Below, piece by piece: positions 55,309 through 63,970 of a DNA stretch of 64,000 nt. The notes beneath the pieces were generated by a model that was given only the letters and a program-made list of their open reading frames with translations, searched no databases and was not told the DNA's origin. Numbering within the stretch: the stretch's first letter is position 1; every line of letters starts with the position of its first letter. A program made the translations under genes and the position numbers. The DNA comes from Bryobacterales bacterium (GTDB lineage: Bacteria; Acidobacteriota; Terriglobia; Bryobacterales; UBA6623): assembly GCA_965214655.1 (NCBI GenBank), contig OZ243965.1, positions 1,669,716 through 1,733,715 of the forward strand, read 5' to 3'.

Positions 55309-55997
55309 AGCCGTCCTTCAACCGGTGGCCGGCCCTCCCGTTCGCGACATTCGCCTTGGCGTACCTGACATTCATAGTAGTGGTCGCTCCCTTGCAGACC
55401 AGCGCTCCGTCCTATGCCTGGTTCCTGACGCCGCTCTATATACCACTGCTTTTGGTCGCGGCGTTCCTGCTGGACAAATTTCTATGCATCCGGACCGAGG
55501 GCTGGATGTCCGTTGTCAAGTGGATTTCAACCTCCCTCGTACTGATCGGCTGCCTCGGGAATGTCGGCCTCTCGGTGCAAGGAAACTTCAATGCCACCGT
55601 CTTTGCTCTGAAATCGGGATACCACGGCAAGACCTATAATGTCCCGTATTGGGACGATTTGGAGACAATCAGGTATCTGAGAGCGAACCCGGTGGACACA
55701 CAGGTTTACGGCGGCCGCTACGCTCTGTTGCATTCCTTGCTCGCGCTGGATACCGAGGTTCATGTTCGCGGGAAGTATCGGACGCTCCCTCACACCATCC
55801 AGAATGTGATAGGGAGGCTTGAAGACGGCCCGGATGAAGCGCATATCGTCTGGTTGTACGACTTGTCCCGCGACTATATCTTCGGCCTGGATGACCTTCG
55901 CGCATTGCCGGGGCTGGAAGTAGTCGTGGAGTTGGACGATGGAGTGATATTCAAATTCAACAAGGCAAACAACCAAACCAATGACCCGATCCCATGA
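55305..55997 (+). CDS. membrane protein, possible C-terminal module of the preceding GT-C enzyme
   Basis: ATG 55305 overlaps the upstream stop as ATGA. About 3-4 TM helices followed by a soluble ~120-aa domain. Lower G+C than the flanks. Confidence 0.5.
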   Translation: MKPSFNRWPALPFATFALAYLTFIVVVAPLQTSAPSYAWFLTPLYIPLLLVAAFLLDKFLCIRTEGWMSVVKWISTSLVLIGCLGNVGLSVQGNFNATVFALKSGYHGKTYNVPYWDDLETIRYLRANPVDTQVYGGRYALLHSLLALDTEVHVRGKYRTLPHTIQNVIGRLEDGPDEAHIVWLYDLSRDYIFGLDDLRALPGLEVVVELDDGVIFKFNKANNQTNDPIP

Positions 55998-56076
55998 TAC
56001 AAAGTCTGTCGCATTTCCAAACGAGCGGCCTCAGCCGTCGCCGAGAAGGCGACGCTCTGGCTGTCGATCCTTGTTG

Positions 56077-56108
56077 GCGGCCTTGTCTGTTTAAACAGAC
56101 AAGGCCGC
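56077..56108. repeat. 32-bp perfect palindrome GCGGCCTTGTCTGTTTAAACAGACAAGGCCGC
   Basis: The two 16-nt halves are exact reverse complements. It lies 80 nt after the 55997 stop and 12 nt before the truncated GT4 ORF. No U-tract on either side. Confidence 0.9.
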
Positions 56109-56120
56109 GGTGAAAGCGTC

Positions 56121-56720
56121 GTGGGCGGCGCGGCGGACGACGTAGCCGACGGCCGTAAATGCCTGCTGCGGCCGGAACAGGGCTTCCAAGACCTGCTCGC
56201 CGGCCTGACCGTGCTCGACGCCCGGCTCCCCGACTGGCGTCTGCTGCTGGTGTCGTCGACTACCCGGCCGAGCGAGATCGCGGAGGTCGAAGGCCGCCTG
56301 GCGGAGCTTGGTTTTCAGGGACGCTGTTGGCGCCAGTGGGCGCCCTATTCGTACGCCGTCCTAAAGGCTTGTTTGGAAACCGCGAGCCTGGTGGTGACGC
56401 CGTACCGCTGGGCCGCGCAGAGCGGCGTGTTGGCCCTGGCGGCGGGCGCCGGCCTGCCGGTCGTGGCGACCGACGTCGGGGGCTTGCCGGAGATGGTCCG
56501 ACCCGGCGTCAACGGAGAGCTGGTCCCGGTCGGGAACGCCGCACGACTGGCCGAAGCCATCGACGGAGTCATCGGCCGCCTCGACCGTTATCGCCGCGGC
56601 GGGCGCGCCTGCCGCAGTATGCTATACTCTCCGCAAGAGGCCGCCGCTGCCGTCGCGGGCGCCTTGTGCGCCGCCGCCGGGGCGGCCGGTGAACATCCGG
56701 CGCATGAGGACGGTCGATAA
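56121..56720 (+). pseudogene. glycosyltransferase family 4 (GT-B), C-terminal half only: 5'-truncated remnant
   Basis: 199 aa covering only the Glycos_transf_1 C-domain (LVVTPYRWAAQSGVLALAAGAGLPVVATDVGGLPEMVRPGVNGELVP). The frame is open upstream to 55998 but shows no start codon and no GT N-domain similarity. Confidence 0.65.
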
Positions 56721-56836
56721 AGCGTGCGGCGCATCCCCGGCATCGGGGCCAGCCGGTTCATTCCCGAAGATGGCCGCGTCGTCCGGCAGGCGGAGTTCCC
56801 TTTCCAAATAGAGGTTGCGCGTTGGGGGTATCCTGG

Positions 56837-58075
56837 ATGATGGAAGCGATTCGCCGCGGTCTGCGGCTGCTCGGCTGGAACGCCTTGTTTCTCTTGGCCG
56901 GTCTGACCCTGATCGCAGCCGCCGCTGAAGTCCGGTTGCGGATAAAGACGCCTTTCATGGGCGCGAGCCGGCCCGTGCGCTTCCTCCCGAAGGTGGGACT
57001 TATCGGCAAACCTAACGCGGATGTGCGTAGGACGGACAGGCTCGATTTCTGGATCGTCTCGCGAAACAACAGCCTGGGCTTTCTCGACCGCGAACCCATC
57101 GGCCCCGAACGCGCCGCAGCGAGCTGCCACGTCGCCATCGTCGGCGATTCCTTTGTAGAAGCGAGTCAGGTCCCTATCGCCGATAAATTCCAGGTCCGGC
57201 TCGAAGACCTTGCCGCCCGGAAACTGCCCGATCTGGACATCACCGCCTCGGCTTTCGGGCGCAGCGGCACCGGCCAACTCAACCAACTGCCGTTTTACGA
57301 CGAATTCGCGCGGCGCCTGCGCCCCAAGCTGCTGGCGCTCGTCTTCGTCCTCAACGACTTCGCGGACAACTCCCCGTTCCTGGACTCGTTGTATTCGGGA
57401 CGCGACCCGGACCGGATTCCGTGGGTCTCCGCGGAACGAAACGCGAACGGAACCATGAGGCTGCGGCCGCCCCATCCCGATTGGCAGTACGGATTGCCGC
57501 TGCCGGATCCCTACCCCCTGTACATGCGCGTCTTGAGGCGCATGACTTGGTTTTCCTACTTCGCCAACTGGTTGGACGCCAAGATCAACGCCTTGTTTCC
57601 ACCCGACCCCAATCCCGTACTGATCGCGCGGGCGGAACTGCTGAGCCTGCGCCCGCGCTATGCATCGCTGCTCGCCGGCTGGCAGCCTACGACGTGGGGG
57701 CGCGTAGATGAGATGTTCGCTGCCAAGGACCTGCCGCCCGTCTTCGAGGAAGCCCTGGATTTCACGGCTTTCGCCCTGGACCAATTCAAGGAACGCGCCG
57801 ATCGCGACGGCGTCTCGCTGGTCATCCTATCGACACACACGATGGGCACCCGAGGCCATCGTGCATTCGAGCGCATGAAGGCCATGGCCGAGGCGCGGGG
57901 CATTCCCGTCATCGACCAGTACGACTATATCTTGCGCCAAGGCGCCGATCCCGAGGATGCGCGCTGGGCTCACGACGATCACTGGAACGCCGACGGCCAC
58001 CGTTGGGCCGCCGAAGCCCTGCTCGAATACCTGCAGCGCAACCCGGCGGTCTGCGCCGGCGCGGGCGAAAAATAG
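56837..58075 (+). CDS. SGNH/GDSL-type hydrolase-fold protein, membrane anchored (possible polysaccharide O-acyl transferase/esterase, AlgX/AlgJ-like)
   Basis: N-terminal TM helix. Block I is VAIVGDSFVEA, with a C-terminal HDDHWNADGH (D-x-x-H type). TTG 56822 is an alternative start. Confidence 0.6.
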   Translation: MMEAIRRGLRLLGWNALFLLAGLTLIAAAAEVRLRIKTPFMGASRPVRFLPKVGLIGKPNADVRRTDRLDFWIVSRNNSLGFLDREPIGPERAAASCHVAIVGDSFVEASQVPIADKFQVRLEDLAARKLPDLDITASAFGRSGTGQLNQLPFYDEFARRLRPKLLALVFVLNDFADNSPFLDSLYSGRDPDRIPWVSAERNANGTMRLRPPHPDWQYGLPLPDPYPLYMRVLRRMTWFSYFANWLDAKINALFPPDPNPVLIARAELLSLRPRYASLLAGWQPTTWGRVDEMFAAKDLPPVFEEALDFTAFALDQFKERADRDGVSLVILSTHTMGTRGHRAFERMKAMAEARGIPVIDQYDYILRQGADPEDARWAHDDHWNADGHRWAAEALLEYLQRNPAVCAGAGEK

Positions 58076-58153
58076 ACCGCGGTACGCGGCCGCTTGAAAT
58101 ACGACGGTTTACCTCATGGTTTGCGAGCGCCCGCGTACAGTGGAAAACGGAAG

Positions 58154-58190
58154 AAAAAACGGCCGCAGCCAAACGACGCTACGCGGCCGC
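58154..58190 (-). terminator. candidate intrinsic terminator of the minus-strand glycan operon
   Basis: The minus-strand RNA is GCGGCCGC-(16-nt loop)-GCGGCCG-UUUUUU, starting 28 nt after the sulfotransferase stop. It forms a 7-bp all-GC stem followed by U6. Confidence 0.45.
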
Positions 58191-58217
58191 GTGGAGCGCT
58201 TGGCCGAATAGATTCCG

Positions 58218-59147
58218 TCACCGCCGTTCGCCCGCCTTCAGCCACAGTTCGAGGTCGCCCGCGTACCGCGCTCGGAGCAACGCCTTGTTCCGTTCGGTCA
58301 GGCGGTCGTTCGCCGCCGATCGAGCGGCCTGCAGCGCGTCCTGCGTCGCCTGCCAGCCCGCCATCGTATTCAACATCGGCAACGCCGGCGCCGGCAGGCC
58401 GAGGCGCCCCGCGACCCAGTTCAGATCCGCGTCGAGGTTCTCGAAGCGGCCGACGAAATCGGGCAGGCGGCCGTCTTCCAAGCGTATCTGCAGATGCTGG
58501 GAGAGAAAGTGCCGATCGGCGAAGGCGTCCGAGCCGTACGGCGTGTGCAGCCACCGGCAGAGGTCGTCGAAGCCGGTCGTTTCCTCCAGCCCGTAGAATG
58601 CGTCGAAAAAGCTCCGGCTTTTCTGAGCCTTGTGGAGAGGACTTGCCGCTTCGTCGAGAGAAAACCCGGTGGACACGGTTCGGTCGGCTACCGGGTCGAA
58701 AAAGCGCCGGTCTTTCTTCCCTTCGTAGAGGTGGTACTGTTCCGCATAGATCCCGGGCGCAAAAAAAACCTCCCGATACCACGAGAACGTCCTGGCGAAA
58801 GGATGCCTGACGAACGCGAAACTGTAGTAGTCCTTCGCTTCGGGACACGTCGCGTGAATGTCGCGGATGCGCATGCCGCGCATGACCTCGGCGTCGGGAT
58901 CCGCGTTACGCAACGCCGCCATGATGCTCCGCGACGCGGCCTTGGGGATGCTCATCCAGAGAAATCGATATTTGCGCGAGACGATCTTCTCCGTGCGGAG
59001 ATCGGGCGTCCGCCGGGCTGTGCGCGCCATGCGCCAAGCGTCGTTGAACGCCCCGCGCGACAATGCGCCCGCGATGTCCCTAGCGACGAGCGGGTTCGAC
59101 GCGAGCGCGGCCGGCGTTCTCATCGCGTGCTTCAACAGGTCAATCAT
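58218..59147 (-). CDS. sulfotransferase family protein (Sulfotransfer_2 / carbohydrate sulfotransferase-like)
   Basis: 309 aa. The 5'-PSB-like motif is FLWMSIPKAASRS and the 3'-PB-like motif is FAFVRHPFARTFSWY. Also DRHFLSQ...FVGRFENL. Confidence 0.8.
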   Translation of the reverse strand: MIDLLKHAMRTPAALASNPLVARDIAGALSRGAFNDAWRMARTARRTPDLRTEKIVSRKYRFLWMSIPKAASRSIMAALRNADPDAEVMRGMRIRDIHATCPEAKDYYSFAFVRHPFARTFSWYREVFFAPGIYAEQYHLYEGKKDRRFFDPVADRTVSTGFSLDEAASPLHKAQKSRSFFDAFYGLEETTGFDDLCRWLHTPYGSDAFADRHFLSQHLQIRLEDGRLPDFVGRFENLDADLNWVAGRLGLPAPALPMLNTMAGWQATQDALQAARSAANDRLTERNKALLRARYAGDLELWLKAGERR

Positions 59148-59652
59148 CCCGCCGCCCTTCAGGAGCCGCCGGGCGCAGGAAACCCGTGCAGCGTTCCGGG
59201 CGATACAGCCGGCGCCTGGGCCGGCGTTCGCCCGTCAGGGCCGCCGCCACCGCCCGGGCGACGACCGGAGATTGCGCGAAACCGCCGGTATAGACGAGAA
59301 TTCCTCCGGTTCGCGTGGACTGAACGCCGAACAGGCCCAGCCCCGACAGCGTCCAGGGCCGCACGCAATAGCACGGCAATGCGTCAAGGGCGCCGGCGGC
59401 CCGCGCCTGCGCATACTTGTCGGGAAACAGGTCGATTGCTGTTGCGTCGACGTTCGACGGATCCATGCCGAGAAACCCGTGGCCCGAACCGCGGCGTCGC
59501 GCGATCGGGACCACGGCCTTTGACGCGATGACGGCGCGCCGCCGGCATCGAGCGTTCTTCGCCGGCCAGTCGGGGCGACAGACCGCATTGTCTTCGAGCA
59601 GCGCGCGTTCGTTCGCTGCGGTGAGCGGAAAGGCGACCGGGATCGTGCTCAT
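59140..59652 (-). CDS. hypothetical protein (C-terminus faintly reminiscent of flavoprotein C-terminal motif)
   Basis: 170 aa. The ATG overlaps the GT4 stop as ATGA, and its own stop overlaps the sulfotransferase start by 8 nt. Third-position G/C is high in this frame. Carries GGILVYTGGFAQSPVVARAVAAAL. Confidence 0.45.
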   Translation of the reverse strand: MSTIPVAFPLTAANERALLEDNAVCRPDWPAKNARCRRRAVIASKAVVPIARRRGSGHGFLGMDPSNVDATAIDLFPDKYAQARAAGALDALPCYCVRPWTLSGLGLFGVQSTRTGGILVYTGGFAQSPVVARAVAAALTGERRPRRRLYRPERCTGFLRPAAPEGRRDD

Positions 59653-60905
59653 GGTTCGTTTCCGGGTATGAATTGGGCGTACCGCTCCGCGGCTCGCTCC
59701 GCCGTGAACCCCATTCCCCGCTCGACCAGGCGTTCCCGCGGCTGCGGGTCGTCGAGCGGGGCGACAATCGCCGCCGCCAGCACCGCGTCGTCGCCGACGG
59801 AAACGAGCGCGCCGAACCTCCCCCCCTCGAGAATCTCGGACGGGCCGAAGGGACAATCCGTGCCGACCACCGGGCAGCCGCACGCCAACGCCTCGATGAC
59901 GACGTTGCCCAGCCCCTCCGACTTCGACGACAGGGCGAACACGCCGGCGCGGGACATCCAGGCGAAGGGATTGGAGACAAAGCCCGGCAACGCCACGTCT
60001 TCCGCGACGCCCAGCGCCGCCGCCAATACCTCCAACTCGTCGCGCTGCTCTCCCTCGCCGAGAATCGCCAGTCGCGCAGCCCGCTGTCGACGGACGCGGG
60101 CAAAGGCGCGGATCAACGTCGGAAAATCTTTCTGGTCCACCAACCGGCCGGCGCCGAGGATCACCGGCGGTGCGCCCGGACGGAACCACGGGTTGTCGAG
60201 CGGGGCTTTCGCCAGCGCCGGCAGGTCGGGGGTGACGACGGGGTTGTAAATGGCGGCGATGCGCTCGCGCGGAATGCGCGCTGTCCGCGACAGGCCATCG
60301 CCCGCTCCGTCGGAGCAGGTCACGATCGCGTCGGCCTGCAGAAAGGCGCGGCTCATCAGCCGCAACGCGGCGTTCGCGCGCCATTTTCCCACGCGTTCGG
60401 TATGATTGGACAGGTGCGCCGACGCGAGGTTCTGGTGGGAAATGACGACGCGCGTTCCGGCGCCGGAGAGGCGCCGCGCGCACAACGCATACATGTTGGC
60501 CTGATCTCCGGCAGCATAGATAACGGACGGCCGATTACGGCGCAAATGCCGCGTCACGGCAAGGAGACGCAGTATGACCCTCAGAACCTCCAGAATGCTT
60601 CTGTGCGGGCGGGTAAACAGCCGGCGCGTCAACAAAGCGCGCCAGAGCAACATCCTGAAGCCCGCCGCCGGATCGGCGGCCAGAAAACGGGCCGATCGCC
60701 ATCGGCCGCGTTCGGCCCGCAGATCGACGACGTTGACGGCGGCCGGCACGGGATGCGCAGACGGCCCGGGGGAGTAAAAAAACAACAAGTCGACCCGATG
60801 CCCGCGGCGGGCGAAGGCGCCGGCCAAGTTGGCCTGAACCCTTGCCTGGCCCCCGCCGGACAAGTCGGCGGTGAGCAGGGCGACATGGGACGACCGCCGG
60901 TTCAT
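59649..60905 (-). CDS. glycosyltransferase family 4 (GT-B)
   Basis: I place the start at ATG 60905 (MNRRSSHVALLTADLSGGGQARV). The C-domain has SSKSEGLGNVVIEALACGCPVVGTDCPFGPSEIL (EX7E-like). Confidence 0.85.
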   Translation of the reverse strand: MNRRSSHVALLTADLSGGGQARVQANLAGAFARRGHRVDLLFFYSPGPSAHPVPAAVNVVDLRAERGRWRSARFLAADPAAGFRMLLWRALLTRRLFTRPHRSILEVLRVILRLLAVTRHLRRNRPSVIYAAGDQANMYALCARRLSGAGTRVVISHQNLASAHLSNHTERVGKWRANAALRLMSRAFLQADAIVTCSDGAGDGLSRTARIPRERIAAIYNPVVTPDLPALAKAPLDNPWFRPGAPPVILGAGRLVDQKDFPTLIRAFARVRRQRAARLAILGEGEQRDELEVLAAALGVAEDVALPGFVSNPFAWMSRAGVFALSSKSEGLGNVVIEALACGCPVVGTDCPFGPSEILEGGRFGALVSVGDDAVLAAAIVAPLDDPQPRERLVERGMGFTAERAAERYAQFIPGNEP

Positions 60906-60958
60906 CACGACAACGCCGCGGTCTGGCGGCGCTCGGTGACGTCGGTAATGCGCATGAT

Positions 60959-61852
60959 TCAAGCTCCGGGCTGCCGTTCGAAGAACCGGCCCAAGAGGAA
61001 TTCGGCTTCCGGGGGCGTAACCTCCGCAACTGCGCCCCCGGGACAGTTGGTCAATTCTCCGACCCGGACTTCGGTTGGCGCTGCGTACAGAGGCACACGA
61101 ATGAAGTCGAACGGCGCCGACAATCGGGTCGCCAGATCCAGCATTCTGCTCAGCATGGGCGGTTTCGGATGGTTTTGCTCGCCACGCGGGTAGCGTATGG
61201 ACACCGGCATCGGGTTCCAGTACAAATCGTAAAAGTTCCGGAAACAGCCAGCAAATCGGCCCGAATCTACCTGGATGAACCCTGGGCGACCGTGAAAACA
61301 GAATATCTTGTAATCGGTGGGCGGAGTGCGGCCGTTTTCGGTGAAAAACTCTTCAACGATGATTTTTGGGCGAAGATGTCGATAGTTTTGCTCTCTAGTC
61401 TCTCTGTAGTAATCGATGTCCAACCATTGTCTCAAGGTTTCCCGGTCCGGTGGGTCGTCTCGATCTGTGCAAATGAGCACGCGGCCACACCCGCTCGTCG
61501 GCTTCAGGATGCATGGAAATTTGTCCAGCGCCAACGCATCCATTTCCTGTTTTGTCCGCAGGATCTGGAACGTCTGCAGGTTGTATTGGGAACCCACCGT
61601 CTGGGCGATATAGAGCTTGACATGTTCCTTGTCGGTAACGAATTGGCGAAGCGGATCGTACAGCTCGCCGCTGGTTCTCAGTGCGAACAGGCGATCGCTG
61701 TACCTTTGCGGGCGTTTTTCGGGAAGTCTCCCGTGGCACTCCAGAAATTTGTACAGACCGACCATCCGATCCAGCCACAAGGTCTTGGGGCCGAAGCGCG
61801 AAATGCGCTGGATCGCCGCTTGGCGCAGCCGGCGCCGAAAGTCGGTTGGCAT
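60959..61852 (-). CDS. ATP-grasp fold protein, TupA-like
   Basis: I place the start at ATG 61852 (MPTDFRRRL...). Blocks DKEHVKLYI, FPCILKPTSGCG, IIVEEF, PTDYKIFCFHGRP and VRVGELTNCPGG match my recollection of the ATPgrasp_TupA family, which is found in capsule and teichuronopeptide loci. Confidence 0.72.
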   Translation of the reverse strand: MPTDFRRRLRQAAIQRISRFGPKTLWLDRMVGLYKFLECHGRLPEKRPQRYSDRLFALRTSGELYDPLRQFVTDKEHVKLYIAQTVGSQYNLQTFQILRTKQEMDALALDKFPCILKPTSGCGRVLICTDRDDPPDRETLRQWLDIDYYRETREQNYRHLRPKIIVEEFFTENGRTPPTDYKIFCFHGRPGFIQVDSGRFAGCFRNFYDLYWNPMPVSIRYPRGEQNHPKPPMLSRMLDLATRLSAPFDFIRVPLYAAPTEVRVGELTNCPGGAVAEVTPPEAEFLLGRFFERQPGA

Positions 61853-61865
61853 GGTGCCTTCCCCC

Positions 61866-62237
61866 TCAGTCCGGCGAATAGCCGATGGGTTCGTCCTCGA
61901 CAACGACCGCGCCATGGACGGGGTCAGGCATGGGCGCACACGCATCAAGGGCAATGCCGCCGTAACGACCGGGCAGCTTCGTCCGGCAATCCTCGACGGC
62001 TGCCCCGAGGCGATTCGCCGCCGACTCGCAGCGTCTCACATCTATCTGAACCGGCACATTCCCTGGAATTCTTCGACGGACCTTACCTAGAGACTCGCGT
62101 GGCTCATCCCGCCGTTCGGCCGCCAAAACCGAGTCGTAGAAATCTTCCCACATGCCCTCGTTTTCGTTGAGGTCGATAATGACTGCTCTGCGCTCGCCCT
62201 GGTCGTCAATGACAAATCGTATGCCTTTCATGAACAT
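61866..62237 (-). CDS. hypothetical small protein with antitoxin-like N-terminal ~50 aa
   Basis: 123 aa. MKGIRFVIDDQGERRAVIIDLNENEGMWEDFYDSVLAAERRDEPRESL resembles small antitoxin-type proteins I recall from other genomes. The remainder is unrecognisable. Lies in an AT-richer stretch. Confidence 0.35.
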   Translation of the reverse strand: MFMKGIRFVIDDQGERRAVIIDLNENEGMWEDFYDSVLAAERRDEPRESLGKVRRRIPGNVPVQIDVRRCESAANRLGAAVEDCRTKLPGRYGGIALDACAPMPDPVHGAVVVEDEPIGYSPD

Positions 62238-62350
62238 GGTCTCTCTCCCAACTTTCCAATCCAGGATCGACGGCTTTCCTCACCCAGCCTACAGCAAAGA
62301 CAGAGGACATGCTGCCCATCTGCGAGTTTCATGCACTATGTCGTTCCTTG

Positions 62351-63970
62351 TCAACCGAGAGGACGTTTCAGCCGTCCCGCCGTTTCAGCATGTCGATCTC
62401 CCCTTGTAGCCGTGCGTCCCGTCACGCTTGCGGATGGACAGTGTTCGGGCGCCGGATGCGGCAGGTCGAGCTCCCCGAGGTCGGCCAGGGCCGGGTCCCA
62501 GCCGGGGCTGACGCGGTCGGCCATCTTAAGGAAATAGTCGTCGGATATGCCCCAGGTGTGGCGCCGGCCGTGCCGCACGAGCATGAAACCGGCGCCGTGA
62601 GTCCGGTAAACCCGGCCGCCGGCCCGTGTGACGTCCTCGATCAGCGCCTCATCCACCCCTTGTGGAATCCTCCGCCAGCCGCCCAGACGGTGAAGGTCCT
62701 CGCTCGCAATCAGCAGCGCGCCGCCGGCCATGTAATGCGTGTACGTCTCGCCGCCTCCGCTGAAGCAGTGCAGGGTCCGATCCGAGGGGGCTAGATAGAC
62801 GAACTCCGCCCCCTTGCCCACCACTTGCGCCTGCGAGTACTCGTGCGCCAGGACGAGGTCCCAGACGTGATCGGCGCCGTACAGGTCGTCGTCGTCCATC
62901 TTGGTCAGCAGCGTCCCGCTCGCCGCCGCCGCTGCGACGTTCAGCACCGAGCCGAGCGGCCGGCGGGCATCGACGCGCACGACCTGCGTGGGACAGGCCA
63001 AGCCGGCGGCGCGGCGCTCGACGTCCGCGAAGCCCTCGCCGTGCAACGCCAGCACCAACTCCAGCCGGGGATAGGTCTGTCTCGCCGCGGCGGCCAGCGC
63101 CCCCGGCAGCAGTTCGGGGCGCCGGGTCGCCAGCAGGATCGACACCCGGGGGAGCGGCGGCGGGTCCGGCAGCGCCTGCGCGCACATCTGCCGGGTTCGA
63201 CTGCGCAACGAGTGTTCCCGGAGGGCGGCCCGGCGCATCCTGACGCTCAAGCGTTCGCGCGCCGCGAGATCGATGCCCCGAACGTCGGCGGCCATCAGGT
63301 CGTAGAGCTCGGCGCCCAGCAACGGTTCCAGCCGCCGGTCGTCGTCCGCCAGATGCACGACCACGCCGAGCGCGGCCAGCCGGGCCAGCGCGCCCGCCCG
63401 CGCGGTCGCGTCAGGATGGAAGGCCTGCACGTCCTCGAGGTGGCGCATCCGGCGCAAACTCCGCCGGTCGCCGGGACGGACGACGCGGTCCGCCTCGATG
63501 CCGGGCGGCAGGAGAGCGAGCGGCCCTAGCGCACCGACCGTGCTCTCCGCGTTGCGCACCCACTCCACCGGGTTGCTGGTCAACGGATCGAAGGCGGGTA
63601 CCGAGAGGCGTCGCGGCGCCTCCGAGAGCACGACTGACGGGATCTCGAGATTCGCGGCGTGGGCCGGGGTGTCGGCCACCGCCACATCGATGCGGCGGCG
63701 GTCGGTTGTCGTCGCCACCCGGCGGGATGCCCCGAATGCGGTCCGCGCTACAGGCCCCAGCGCGGCCAATTCCGCGCCCAGCGGATAGGCGGCCCTGCGC
63801 AACGCCGCCAGCGTTTTCCGCCGCCGCCGCACCCAGCCGGCCGTTCGGTTCGCGAACGCGCGCGCCAGCCAGGTCAGGACCCGCCAAGCGTCTCCAGGAC
63901 GGCGGACGTTCCCCACGCGGGCGCACAGCCGTTCCAACGCGGAGCGTTCGTTCCAGGACTTCGTTCGCAC
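62351..63970 (-). CDS. glycosyltransferase family 2 with long N-terminal extension
   Basis: 539 aa. The GT2 core is PRVSILLATRRPELLPGALAAAARQTYPRLELVLALHG and then ...LLTKMDDDDLYGADHV. The start near the window edge is uncertain. Confidence 0.7.
   Translation of the reverse strand: MRTKSWNERSALERLCARVGNVRRPGDAWRVLTWLARAFANRTAGWVRRRRKTLAALRRAAYPLGAELAALGPVARTAFGASRRVATTTDRRRIDVAVADTPAHAANLEIPSVVLSEAPRRLSVPAFDPLTSNPVEWVRNAESTVGALGPLALLPPGIEADRVVRPGDRRSLRRMRHLEDVQAFHPDATARAGALARLAALGVVVHLADDDRRLEPLLGAELYDLMAADVRGIDLAARERLSVRMRRAALREHSLRSRTRQMCAQALPDPPPLPRVSILLATRRPELLPGALAAAARQTYPRLELVLALHGEGFADVERRAAGLACPTQVVRVDARRPLGSVLNVAAAAASGTLLTKMDDDDLYGADHVWDLVLAHEYSQAQVVGKGAEFVYLAPSDRTLHCFSGGGETYTHYMAGGALLIASEDLHRLGGWRRIPQGVDEALIEDVTRAGGRVYRTHGAGFMLVRHGRRHTWGISDDYFLKMADRVSPGWDPALADLGELDLPHPAPEHCPSASVTGRTATRGDRHAETAGRLKRPLG

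Noticed and set aside
56077-58192. Rare-cutter sites (GTTTAAAC in the palindrome; several GCGGCCGC at about 58083-58190) as signs of an engineered construct.
   Set aside because: GCGGCCGC is unremarkable in GC-rich DNA. The single GTTTAAAC is embedded in a natural-looking palindrome. No vector, marker or scar sequences were seen.
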